DNA from: Patescibacteria group bacterium
GTDB lineage: Bacteria > Patescibacteriota > WWE3 > JAUXAW01 > JAYEID01
DNA: 64,000 bases
Direction of reading: 5' to 3'
NCBI GenBank assembly: GCA_048621635.1
Contig: JBMCWH010000001.1
Coordinates: 4,324-68,323, forward strand
The notes beneath the pieces are model-generated. The model had not been told where the DNA came from, did not search any database, and worked only from the letters and a program-made list of their open reading frames with translations. Both the position numbers and the translations under genes were made by a program. Positions 10,634 through 19,208 of this stretch are shown here, piece by piece; positions within the stretch are counted from its first letter, which is position 1; each line of letters begins with the position of its first letter.

Positions 10634-10663
10634 TTGACAAACCAGAACTTGCCTTATAGAATA
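10634..10663 (+). promoter_or_regulatory. Sigma70-like promoter (TTGACA-17-TAGAAT) for the 10702 gene
   Basis: ttgacaaaccagaacttgccttatagaat about 40 nt upstream of the TTG start, followed by a GGGGGTG Shine-Dalgarno. Confidence 0.4.
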
Positions 10664-10701
10664 TAGAAAATAATTGTCCTGCTGAACGGGGGTGAAAAAT
10701 T

Positions 10702-10959
10702 TTGGAAACTGAAATCGGCGAAATAACACACTTTTACACCAACATTGATGTTGGGGTAGTAGAATTATCAGAACCTCTCCGTGTAGGAGACACAATCCAC
10801 ATTCAGGGAGCCACCACAGACTTCGTACAAACCGTAGATTCCATGCAAATTGAGAACGAAGAAATCGAGGCGGCCTCTGCAGGGGATGCTATTGGCTTGG
10901 AAGTAAAAGAGCGAGTTCGTGAAGGTGATCTTGTCTACAAAGTAGAAAGTGAAGAATAA
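10702..10959 (+). CDS. Small beta-barrel protein resembling translation-factor domain II (EFTU_2-like), hypothetical
   Basis: 85 aa, TTG start; the stop abuts the start of the next gene (operon). Fold assignment is by resemblance only. Confidence 0.45.
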   Translation: METEIGEITHFYTNIDVGVVELSEPLRVGDTIHIQGATTDFVQTVDSMQIENEEIEAASAGDAIGLEVKERVREGDLVYKVESEE

Positions 10960-11307
10960 ATGGTACAAACACCAATAGAGGAAGATAACATCCGCAAAAA
11001 AACTATTGACCGCTTTTATACCGCAATTACCTCGCTAAAGAAACGTGACAATATTGTCCAGTTTCTCAACGCACTTCTTACTCCTACCGAAAAAGAACGT
11101 TTAGCTAAAAGATTAGAAATATTAAAAAAACTGCGACGTGGTTCCTCTTACAAGGAAATACGCAACAGCTTAAGTGTTACAGATAACACTATTGCAGAAA
11201 TGAGCAACATACTAAAGGAGATGACAAAAAAAGAAACAAAGGTACTTGATAAGCTTATTCGTGAAGACCTGCTCAGCGAAGATAAGCCCCTGAAATTCCG
11301 TCAATAA
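10960..11307 (+). CDS. TrpR-like YerC/YecD family DNA-binding protein
   Basis: 115 aa; the ...LLTPTEKERLAKRLEILKKLRRGSSYKEIRNSLSVTDNTI... helix-turn-helix region resembles the YerC/YecD TrpR-like family. Confidence 0.55.
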   Translation: MVQTPIEEDNIRKKTIDRFYTAITSLKKRDNIVQFLNALLTPTEKERLAKRLEILKKLRRGSSYKEIRNSLSVTDNTIAEMSNILKEMTKKETKVLDKLIREDLLSEDKPLKFRQ

Positions 11308-11463
11308 TAGCTGATTAATAGGACAAACTATCGCAAATTGAAATAGCCAACAAAGCGAATTACCCCACATTACTACAATAAAATTTATGTAAATGGGAAA
11401 ACTAAAATTACGAATACCACAAAACACAGTATCTGATACCTGACAAGCAAATAGATACTGCTT

Positions 11464-11472
11464 TGTTATAAT
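11464..11472 (+). promoter_or_regulatory. Extended -10 box TGTTATAAT 7 nt before the ATG (leaderless helicase mRNA)
   Basis: ctttgTTATAATtctagtaATG; no Shine-Dalgarno, so the TSS is predicted at or next to the start codon. Confidence 0.45.
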
Positions 11473-11479
11473 TCTAGTA

Positions 11480-12652
11480 ATGGAATTTAAGCTTAGCGAA
11501 GATCAACGGAAAGTTCTCAGAACTATCTGGACCTGGTTCAGGAAAAGTAACAAACAAGTGCTCACTTTCGGCGGTTATGCAGGAACAGGGAAAACCACCA
11601 TGACCGCTATTTTTAGAAAAACCCTGGAAGAGTACTACCCCCAAACCGAGGTCGCCTTTTGTTCCTACACAGGAAAAGCTGCTCAGATATTACGAACAAC
11701 ATTGGCTAAACACAATGCTACTTTCCCCCAAGATTCAACCGGAACTATTCATTCCTTAATTTACGAACCGCAAACCAATGAGTCTGGCGAGATCACGTCT
11801 TGGCAAAGAACAGATTCTCTGGAGGCAGATTTAATAATTGTGGATGAAGCCTCCATGGTTAGCCGCGAAATTTGGCAAAATCTTCTAAGTTTCCATATTC
11901 CTATCTTAGCAGTGGGAGACCATGGTCAGTTACCACCTGTACAAGGTAATTTTAATTTAATGGAAGATCCAGATCTAAAACTAGAAAAAATACATCGACA
12001 AGCAAAAGATAATCCAATCATCCGCCTTTCTCAAAAAGTTAGGGAAGAGGAAGAAATACCATATGGCACTTTTGGCCCAGTAAGAAAACTACACAAAGAA
12101 GATCTGGAAACCCGCTCCGAGGTAGAGGATATACTGCGTAACCATAGCCAAGACCTCCTTGTCCTAGTAGGCAAAAACAAAAGTAGAGTACAATTAAACC
12201 AAGAAATTCGGAGGCTACTGGGTAGAGAAACGGCAAATCCACAGGTAAATGACAGGGTTATCTGTCTCAAAAACAACAGTCGCCAAGGTGTCTATAACGG
12301 CATGTTGGGAAACATAACCTCCCTAAGTAAGATTTCCAAACCGGATGGAAAAAATTATTGGTACCAAACAGAAATTGAAATGGATGAAGGGTTCCTCTTT
12401 TCCGGGGAAATACTACGCCAACAGTTTGGTGCAGAAACAACCATCAAACAAGTGGACGGCTTAATGTACAAGGAAATAGGAAATCTTTTTGATTTTGGTT
12501 ATGTAATAACCGTTCACAAGGCCCAGGGAAGTCAGGCACCAAAAGTATTGCTATTTGAAGAACGGTTCTCCTCCATGACTGACGAGGAATGGCAGCGCTG
12601 GTTATACACAGGCGTAACGCGCGCAGAAGAAGAATTAATTATTGTTGGATAA
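11480..12652 (+). CDS. SF1B DNA helicase, RecD/Dda/PIF1-like
   Basis: 390 aa; Walker A GYAGTGKTT, DEAS Walker B (IIVDEASMV), C-terminal ...VITVHKAQGSQ... typical of RecD/Dda-like helicases. Confidence 0.75.
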   Translation: MEFKLSEDQRKVLRTIWTWFRKSNKQVLTFGGYAGTGKTTMTAIFRKTLEEYYPQTEVAFCSYTGKAAQILRTTLAKHNATFPQDSTGTIHSLIYEPQTNESGEITSWQRTDSLEADLIIVDEASMVSREIWQNLLSFHIPILAVGDHGQLPPVQGNFNLMEDPDLKLEKIHRQAKDNPIIRLSQKVREEEEIPYGTFGPVRKLHKEDLETRSEVEDILRNHSQDLLVLVGKNKSRVQLNQEIRRLLGRETANPQVNDRVICLKNNSRQGVYNGMLGNITSLSKISKPDGKNYWYQTEIEMDEGFLFSGEILRQQFGAETTIKQVDGLMYKEIGNLFDFGYVITVHKAQGSQAPKVLLFEERFSSMTDEEWQRWLYTGVTRAEEELIIVG

Positions 12653-12654
12653 AA

Positions 12655-12710
12655 AAACAGAAAGTAGAGAAAGTAGTTAGTAGAAAGTATTAAGCAAAGA
12701 CAAAGGCAGG
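12655..12710. repeat. Partial inverted copy of the mosaic repeat (agaaagtagagaaagtagttagtagaaagtattaagcaaagac)
   Basis: Reverse-complement orientation relative to module ggtgcttaatgcttactac...ttctactaat of copy A; lies at the right flank of the helicase cassette. Confidence 0.55.
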
Positions 12711-12799
12711 AACAGTTAACAGCAGGTCAATGGCTAGAATCTACTAATCAGCCGTAGGTAAATAGCAAATTAAGCTTAAATCGATAGGTCAACAAACCA

Positions 12800-14302
12800 T
12801 TAATTATGAGAAATTAACAACTCAATTCCCTCTTCACGGACCGGCAGGCGACTTAAATACTTGGAAATTGCAGGAGAAAAGTCAATTCGATAAGAATTTA
12901 TGTCCGGAATAGTACCTAAGTAAGATTCTATTTCAGCAAATGATTGTCCCACAATAGCGTTCCTTATCTGTGTCTTCTTAACTTGAGGGAGAACTTCCCC
13001 ACGCAAACCAACTTGAAAAACAAGCCCACCATCTTCTACATCTTCCACAGCGAGGATATTAATCTCGCGTTCCTGTTCGGAAAGCACAAACCCTTCCGGA
13101 ACCAAGTCAGAGAGAATTTTTTCCACCAAATTAACCAATTGATCCTCAGAATAAGCTAAAGCATCACATCTGATGCGCAGCCGTAAACTTACCTCCTCGC
13201 CTTCTTCTCCTATCTCAGGAGAATATTCTTCCCCCACCTGTTCTGTTTTTATCCCTTTAGTAACTAATTTTTGTCCATTCACTAACTTACTTTTCAAATC
13301 TTGTTCGCATTGCTTAGTTAGCTCCTCCATCCCTTTTGCAAGTACCTCTTCCTGATCTGGAGTAGTAGCAACAGATACTTTACGACTTTCTCCACCCGTA
13401 AAATCCTCTGCAGCTTTAGCATAAACATCTTCCTGCATACTTTCTTCTAAATCGATAAAGTTTAACTTAGTCCCTTCCTCAACATTATAGACAGAACCAA
13501 TATCTTTCGCTTCCACTTCTGCACTAATTTCCCCTGGATCAACAATGCGTTTATCCGGATCGCTAGGATCTGCACTCGGGGAAGCTTCTTCAATTTCTAT
13601 CTCTTCTAGAAGAGAGAAACGTAAGTCACCCTCCGTTTGCAAAGTTGCCCCTTGCGCAAAACCTTTGGAACCAGAAGTATCGTAATTAAGAACAGTTATC
13701 TCCCCGACCGCTTTGCTACCAACTTCCTTTTCCCCTGTCGCTTCAGTCTCAAACTCCCCTTCTTCAGTTACAGAAACAGAAACAGCCGGCAAAATTCGTT
13801 TCTCTACATCTACTTCTGCCAAATCTTGTTCCGCACGGATTTCTAAAGTTTTTACCAAAGGAGAAGAGTTAACCACCAAAGTTACTCTTGCCTTAGGTAA
13901 ATAATAAGCTGCTACTCCTAAACCAGCGAAAAGCAGACCAAGAAAAGCAACAGCGCCTAACCACCACTTTTTCCCCAACCCACTAAGAAAAGCAAAATTA
14001 ACACGCCGGAAAAAACCAAAAACACCGGCCTCTTTTTTTCCACTAATCCCTCCCTCTTCTCTGCCTTCGTCCTTTTCTTCTCCTCGATAAGCCTGCAAAA
14101 GCTCTCTCCCTACAGCATCCTGCGCTTTGATTTGCACGTCCTTGCCCCAATTCTTCAACTGCTTCGCTAAAGTCCGCAAACTTAAAACACTCCACAACTC
14201 AGGCTCAGGAGGAAGTAGCAAAGCTACATCTCTATCCCCCGTATCTTTTACCTTTTCTAAAACAGAAACAATATCCGGCTCAGGTGGTAGTGTTAATTTC
14301 AT
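12800..14302 (-). CDS. Bitopic membrane protein with large acidic extracytoplasmic domain, hypothetical
   Basis: 500 aa; about 105-aa cytoplasmic N-terminus, one TM helix (WWLGAVAFLGLLFAGLGVAAYYL), Glu-rich C-terminal region; its start overlaps the stop of the upstream FtsA/PilM-like gene by 1 nt. Confidence 0.6.
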   Translation of the reverse strand: MKLTLPPEPDIVSVLEKVKDTGDRDVALLLPPEPELWSVLSLRTLAKQLKNWGKDVQIKAQDAVGRELLQAYRGEEKDEGREEGGISGKKEAGVFGFFRRVNFAFLSGLGKKWWLGAVAFLGLLFAGLGVAAYYLPKARVTLVVNSSPLVKTLEIRAEQDLAEVDVEKRILPAVSVSVTEEGEFETEATGEKEVGSKAVGEITVLNYDTSGSKGFAQGATLQTEGDLRFSLLEEIEIEEASPSADPSDPDKRIVDPGEISAEVEAKDIGSVYNVEEGTKLNFIDLEESMQEDVYAKAAEDFTGGESRKVSVATTPDQEEVLAKGMEELTKQCEQDLKSKLVNGQKLVTKGIKTEQVGEEYSPEIGEEGEEVSLRLRIRCDALAYSEDQLVNLVEKILSDLVPEGFVLSEQEREINILAVEDVEDGGLVFQVGLRGEVLPQVKKTQIRNAIVGQSFAEIESYLGTIPDINSYRIDFSPAISKYLSRLPVREEGIELLISHN

Positions 14303-15525
14303 CAGTAAAGATTAGATTTATAAAAATAACCTAAGCAAAGCGATGGCACCCATTGTGCAGACACAGCCTTATTCGTCTGATCGTTAAAAAAATCAAAAGC
14401 ATCTGCAGTTAAAAGCTCAACCTGGGGCTTCTCAGCAAAGGAGACAGCTTGCGGCAAAGATTCATTCAACTCCGTTTTTAAACCTGGCAACTGAGCACCA
14501 CCCCCACAAAGCAAAACTCGGTTAGGAAACTCCTCTACAGCTTCCATACTGTCCAAAGCTTCGGAAATACCTAAAACCCAAGTCTCCAAGATAGAATCTA
14601 AAACTGATGCTACTTGCTGCTGTTTTTCTGCTTCCAAATTACCTTTAGAGTATTTCAACTTTAAAGTTTCCGCATCAGAAAATCTTAAATTATTTTCGCG
14701 CGCCAAGGCCCTGGTAAAGTCTTGTCCCCCCACTGTAAGAGTTTCTGTGGAAACAATACTACCACTAAAAACCACCGCTGCATCGGTAGTCCCTCCCCCA
14801 ACATCAATTAGCAATGAAGAAAATTCAGAAGATTCTCTGTCAATAAGCAGAGCTTTAAGCAAAGCATAAAGGTTAGAAGTAACTGCCACAGGTTTAAGCC
14901 CTGCTGCGCGAACTACAGATTCCAAAACATGCAAGTTGTTTTTCACACAGATAGAGGTAAAATAAGAAACGTCCAGCCGCGCCCCTTTAAAACCTGTTGG
15001 CTCGCTAACTGGAAAACCATCCACTTCCATTCCCGTAATTTCGGAATCAATAATCTCAATATCTAAATTACTTTGTCCCCGAGATAATGCTATCTGTTCA
15101 GCAGCTTCTATAAACGCGGCGTCCCGAATTTTCTTAGTCAGCCTATTCAGCTCCTTTGCATTCATTTCCTGATCCGGATTCTTTCTCGAAAGCCTCACAC
15201 GGGTAGTCATCCCCTCCACCAACATACCGGAAGCACCCAAAACAGCACTCTTGGGTTCAATTTCACAGGAAAGTAATGCCTCATCTAAAGCTTTTTGAAC
15301 ATTCTCTGCCACCGCATTTATATCCGCAACTACACCCATCTGCATATCAGAAAGATTTTGGGGGACTTTACCAGCACCAATAACCTCCAACTGCTTTTCA
15401 GCAGTGTCTTCTTTTTCAATCAATTCAAAAATCAAAGCTTTTACAAAATCAGAGCCAATATCCAACACCAAGAAACTGGTTGGCTTTTCATTGCCGAATA
15501 ATTTGTCGAAAGAAATTCCCAACAT
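14302..15525 (-). CDS. ftsA: Actin-fold ATPase of the FtsA/PilM family
   Basis: 407 aa; LVLDIGSDFVKALIFE phosphate-1 motif, LIDVGGGTTDAAV phosphate-2 motif, CGGGAQLPGL adenosine motif. Cannot separate FtsA from PilM by eye. Confidence 0.7.
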   Translation of the reverse strand: MLGISFDKLFGNEKPTSFLVLDIGSDFVKALIFELIEKEDTAEKQLEVIGAGKVPQNLSDMQMGVVADINAVAENVQKALDEALLSCEIEPKSAVLGASGMLVEGMTTRVRLSRKNPDQEMNAKELNRLTKKIRDAAFIEAAEQIALSRGQSNLDIEIIDSEITGMEVDGFPVSEPTGFKGARLDVSYFTSICVKNNLHVLESVVRAAGLKPVAVTSNLYALLKALLIDRESSEFSSLLIDVGGGTTDAAVVFSGSIVSTETLTVGGQDFTRALARENNLRFSDAETLKLKYSKGNLEAEKQQQVASVLDSILETWVLGISEALDSMEAVEEFPNRVLLCGGGAQLPGLKTELNESLPQAVSFAEKPQVELLTADAFDFFNDQTNKAVSAQWVPSLCLGYFYKSNLY

Positions 15526-15531
15526 AAAGTA

Positions 15532-15537
15532 AGTATA
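15532..15537 (-). promoter_or_regulatory. -10 box TATACT 6 nt before the ATG of the ftsA-like gene (leaderless)
   Basis: Minus strand reads tttagTATACTtactttATG; no SD. Confidence 0.35.
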
Positions 15538-15581
15538 CTAAAGTTATAGTACACAACTGCTTGCCAATTTTCCACAAGCAA

Positions 15582-17519
15582 TCAGTGAAGGACTGCGCGA
15601 ATTCGGCGAATTCCCTTTCCTACAGAACTCTCCTTCACTATCTCAAATTCTCCTAGCCCTCCCGTGCTTTCCATATGCGGGCCAGCACAAACCTCGCAAG
15701 AAAAAGGATCTTTCTCCTCTCCAATAATAAACACTTTAACTTTATCTCCATATTTATCCTTGAAAAGTGCCAATGCTCCTTTCTTCTCTGCCTCTTCTAC
15801 TGACATCTCTTCCATTGTTACCGGTAAATCCGCTGCTACTTTCTCGTTTACCAACCTCTCCACTTGTTCTATCTCTTTCTCAGATAAACTTTCGGGATGG
15901 GAAAAGTCAAAACGCAAACGTTCTTCGGTAATGTTAGAGCCTTGTTGCTCAACATGGCCACCCAACACTTTCCGTAGAGCAGCTTGCAAAAGATGCGTCG
16001 CAGTGTGGTACTTAACAATTTGCTCACTATCTCCAGCTAAGCCACCAGCAAATCTCTTTTCACTGCCCGCCCGCGACTTCTTTTGGTGTTCTTCGTAAGC
16101 AGCACTAAAACCCACTTCATCAACAGATAAACCCCGCTCTTCAGCCATCTCAACAGTCAGCTCCAATGGAAATCCATATGTCTGGTAAAGATAAAACGCA
16201 TCTGGGCCGGAAATTCTCTTCTCTTCCTTTCCCTCGCATTCCTCCACTACCTGTTCAAATTGTTTAAGACCTCTCCGCAACGCTTTACCAAACTTTTCTT
16301 CCTCCTCGCTAACTTTTTCCAATATTCTTTTCCTTTTCTCAGAAAGACCAGGAAACAAATCTTGGTACTTATCAATAATCACGTCACTAACACCTTCCAA
16401 GAACTGGTGCTCAATTCCCAGTAAATTACCATGACGCACAGCTCTCCGTATTAAACGCCGGATAACGTAACCACGGTCTGTATTAGAAGGGAAAACACCA
16501 TCGGCAATAGCAAACACGGCAGCACGCATATGGTCGGCAATAATACGCATAGATCTAACCGTGTTCCGCGTATCCCTTTCCGCTTCCCGCACAGAATATT
16601 TAGCACCAGAAATATCCTCAATCTTTTCAATAATGGGACGGAAAAGCTCAGTTTTGTAGTCATCATCAGTATAACCACTGGTCACTGCTGTCACCCGAGC
16701 TACACCCATCCCTGTATCCACATTTTTCTGCTCCAACGGAACATACTCAAACTTCGCTTTCGGCTTTCCGTATTGCGCATTCTGCCTTTCATCTTGCGGT
16801 ACGCGGTTTGCGGAACGCGGAATGCGGATTCTTTTATATTCCATAAAAACATTGTTCCAAATTTCAATATACTTACCGCAAGAGCAGGAAGGGTTACAAT
16901 TCGGTCCGCAGTGCTCTTTTCCAGTATCGTAAAACATTTCCGTATCTGGACCGCAGGGACCTGTTTCTCCAACCGGCCCCCACCAATTTTCCTTTCTTCC
17001 AAAAAGAAAAATACGTTCCTCGATATTGGCATCAAGCCCAGCTTGCGCAAACTCATTCTTCCAATACTCGATAGACTCCTTATCCCGAGGAACCTGCCCA
17101 TCCCCAGCAAAAACAGAAACATAGATCCTTTCTGGGTCCAGTCCTAGCCATTCAGGAGACGTCAGAAAGTCAAAACTCAACGAGATGGCCTCCTCCTTAA
17201 AATAACCTGCCTCCCCCACACCGTCCGGCGAGGCAGGGCCTCCTAAAGACCAATTTCCTAACATAAGGAAAAAAGTATGGTGAAAGCCGTTTCCTACACG
17301 CTCAATATCGCTCGTACGAATGCATTTTTGCAAATTAACCAACCGCTTGCCTGCAGGATGCTTTTCCCCAAGCAAAAAAGGCACTAGAGGATGCATACCC
17401 GCAGAAATAAAAAGAGCAGAAGGGTCATTTTCAGGAACCAAAGAGGCACCAGAAATTTCCGTATGATCATGCTCCTTGAAAAAAGAAATATACTTATCAA
17501 TTAATTCGCGCGCGTTCAT
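15582..17519 (-). CDS. alaS: Alanine--tRNA ligase lacking the C-terminal C-Ala/DHHA1 domain
   Basis: 645 aa; class II catalytic core (FISAGMHPL, YIEIWNNVFMEY), editing domain HxxxH...CxxxH (HTATHLL...CAGPH). Ends after the editing domain. Carries a Cys-rich insert CGPNCNPSCSCG. Confidence 0.9.
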   Translation of the reverse strand: MNARELIDKYISFFKEHDHTEISGASLVPENDPSALFISAGMHPLVPFLLGEKHPAGKRLVNLQKCIRTSDIERVGNGFHHTFFLMLGNWSLGGPASPDGVGEAGYFKEEAISLSFDFLTSPEWLGLDPERIYVSVFAGDGQVPRDKESIEYWKNEFAQAGLDANIEERIFLFGRKENWWGPVGETGPCGPDTEMFYDTGKEHCGPNCNPSCSCGKYIEIWNNVFMEYKRIRIPRSANRVPQDERQNAQYGKPKAKFEYVPLEQKNVDTGMGVARVTAVTSGYTDDDYKTELFRPIIEKIEDISGAKYSVREAERDTRNTVRSMRIIADHMRAAVFAIADGVFPSNTDRGYVIRRLIRRAVRHGNLLGIEHQFLEGVSDVIIDKYQDLFPGLSEKRKRILEKVSEEEEKFGKALRRGLKQFEQVVEECEGKEEKRISGPDAFYLYQTYGFPLELTVEMAEERGLSVDEVGFSAAYEEHQKKSRAGSEKRFAGGLAGDSEQIVKYHTATHLLQAALRKVLGGHVEQQGSNITEERLRFDFSHPESLSEKEIEQVERLVNEKVAADLPVTMEEMSVEEAEKKGALALFKDKYGDKVKVFIIGEEKDPFSCEVCAGPHMESTGGLGEFEIVKESSVGKGIRRIRAVLH

Positions 17520-17584
17520 TTATGGTCTTAGGATACCGAATTGAAGCTGTTCCTGCAAGAGAATAAGACTAATAGGAGACTGGT

Positions 17585-17725
17585 ATAGCTAATTATTACG
17601 AACAGAAATTAGTAGAAAGTAGTAAGCATTAAGCACCAAGCTCCAAAAAGGACATATGATTAAATGATTAAGTGGATTATGAATAATGAATGATTCAAAA
17701 ATCAGTTAATCAATATTAATTTTTA
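17585..17725. repeat. Copy B of the mosaic repeat family (ggtatagctaattattacgaacagaaattagtagaaagtagtaagcattaagcaccaagctccaaaaagg...)
   Basis: About 70-80% identical to the reverse complement of copy A (10500-10550) and to copy C (61352-61420). Confidence 0.65.
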
Positions 17726-17735
17726 CGGCTGAATA

Positions 17736-18071
17736 TCACTCCGTACCTTTGAAGAAACGCTTGCGAGTTTGCGCAAGCTCTTTTTCTAGCTCGGAAAGCT
17801 TATCCTTAGTTGATTCCTTCACAGGCCCAGATGCTTCCTGCACTTGCTCACTTACCTCACGAATTCTCTCACTCGTCTCCTTAACTAAAGGACCTAGCTC
17901 TTTCTCTACATCATGAGCAAGCTCTTCTGCCTTACCTTTCGCTTCTTTTCCTTTTTCTGCAATCTTTCTCCGAGTCTCCTTACCTTCATCAGGTGCAAAC
18001 AAAATCCCTAAAACAGCTCCACCTAACACTCCAAAGAAAAAACCTCTGAAAAAGCTGCTATCATCACTCAT
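17736..18071 (-). CDS. YtxH-like protein
   Basis: The ORF track extends to 18119, but MSDDSSFFRGFFFGVLGGAVLGILFAPDEGKETRRK matches YtxH N-termini, so the start is likely the Met at about 18071, just after the upstream stop. Confidence 0.55.
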   Translation of the reverse strand: MSDDSSFFRGFFFGVLGGAVLGILFAPDEGKETRRKIAEKGKEAKGKAEELAHDVEKELGPLVKETSERIREVSEQVQEASGPVKESTKDKLSELEKELAQTRKRFFKGTE

Positions 18072-18345
18072 CTTTTTCACCATCCTTTCGAAGAACACGT
18101 CTCCCCGCATCACGAGCACGATTAAAAATCTTCAAGCCTTGCATTATACCTGTTATTGCACCAGAAAGGCCAACTACGGGTGTAGCCAAAGATTCAGAAA
18201 CTTCGTCAACATTTACAAGAATAGAATTTACTTTGCGAACAGCTTCGCGAACTTCTTTGAGGACTAAAACGATGTACACACCTACAAAAAGGAGATTAAA
18301 GGTAAGAAGTGCTATTACTAATGTTAAAAGGGTATTTGTATCCAT
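18064..18345 (-). CDS. DUF948/YtxG-like membrane-anchored protein
   Basis: 93 aa; N-terminal TM helix then a coiled region. Pairs with the downstream YtxH-like gene as in the Bacillus ytxG-ytxH arrangement. Confidence 0.55.
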   Translation of the reverse strand: MDTNTLLTLVIALLTFNLLFVGVYIVLVLKEVREAVRKVNSILVNVDEVSESLATPVVGLSGAITGIMQGLKIFNRARDAGRRVLRKDGEKDE

Positions 18346-18445
18346 TGGGCAGTTTTCCTCACAAACCTATCTTTACTTTAAACGAAACAAACGATACTGT
18401 CAAGAACACAAATATAAAGCGCATCGCAACGCTCTTTAGAAAAGA

Positions 18446-19165
18446 CTAAGAGTCTTCACCAGGTTTTGCGGAAGGCGAAGAAGGTGTAGCCTCCTTCACC
18501 GACTCATCAAAGGGTTGCTCCTGCTCGTTAAAAATCACCCGCCGCACTTTCCTAGTTTCTTTCCCAAAATCATTCCGGGCAACAAATTCTAAAGTATTAG
18601 TTCCTGGAGATAATACATAATCATAAGAAAATTTTCCTTGTTCATCAATCAAAACATCTTTACTATTTATCTCCAACTGCGCTTGTGGATCACTATTACC
18701 CGTAAGAGTAATTACCGGGTCTTCCGTAACTAGATCTTCTGCAGGGCGGCTAACCTCCAAACGCGGAGGGCCAGCGATAGAACGATACTGCCAAAAAAGA
18801 TAACCCAAAAACACAGTTACCAAGAAAAAAATGCCTGCAGTAAGAATAACTCCGGGAGTAACAGTAATGCGGGGTCCTTTTAGAGGGGTGGCCACATCTT
18901 CAATTTCCACAGGCTCGGAAGAATCCTCGTATTCACGTCGCCAAAAAGCAAGCAATTGAGAAACATTTAATTTCAAGAACTCCGCATAATTTTTTAAAAA
19001 CCCCTTAATATGAACAGCACCTCCAAACTCACTATAATCCCCAGCTTCCAAAGCACGCAAAAAACGCGGATGTATTTTTAATTCTTTTGAAACATCCTCA
19101 TAATTTAAATTTCTTTCTTCACGTGCTTTCCTCAAAATATCTCCAACAGAACGCATTTTGTTCAT
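18446..19165 (-). CDS. RodZ-like HTH membrane protein
   Basis: 239 aa; N-terminal XRE-type HTH (VGDILRKAREERNLNYEDVSKEL), central TM helix, C-terminal extracytoplasmic domain. Confidence 0.6.
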   Translation of the reverse strand: MNKMRSVGDILRKAREERNLNYEDVSKELKIHPRFLRALEAGDYSEFGGAVHIKGFLKNYAEFLKLNVSQLLAFWRREYEDSSEPVEIEDVATPLKGPRITVTPGVILTAGIFFLVTVFLGYLFWQYRSIAGPPRLEVSRPAEDLVTEDPVITLTGNSDPQAQLEINSKDVLIDEQGKFSYDYVLSPGTNTLEFVARNDFGKETRKVRRVIFNEQEQPFDESVKEATPSSPSAKPGEDS

Positions 19166-19208
19166 CTTAATATAATTTTACAACAAAGAGAAAAAAAGGA
19201 GAACAACT

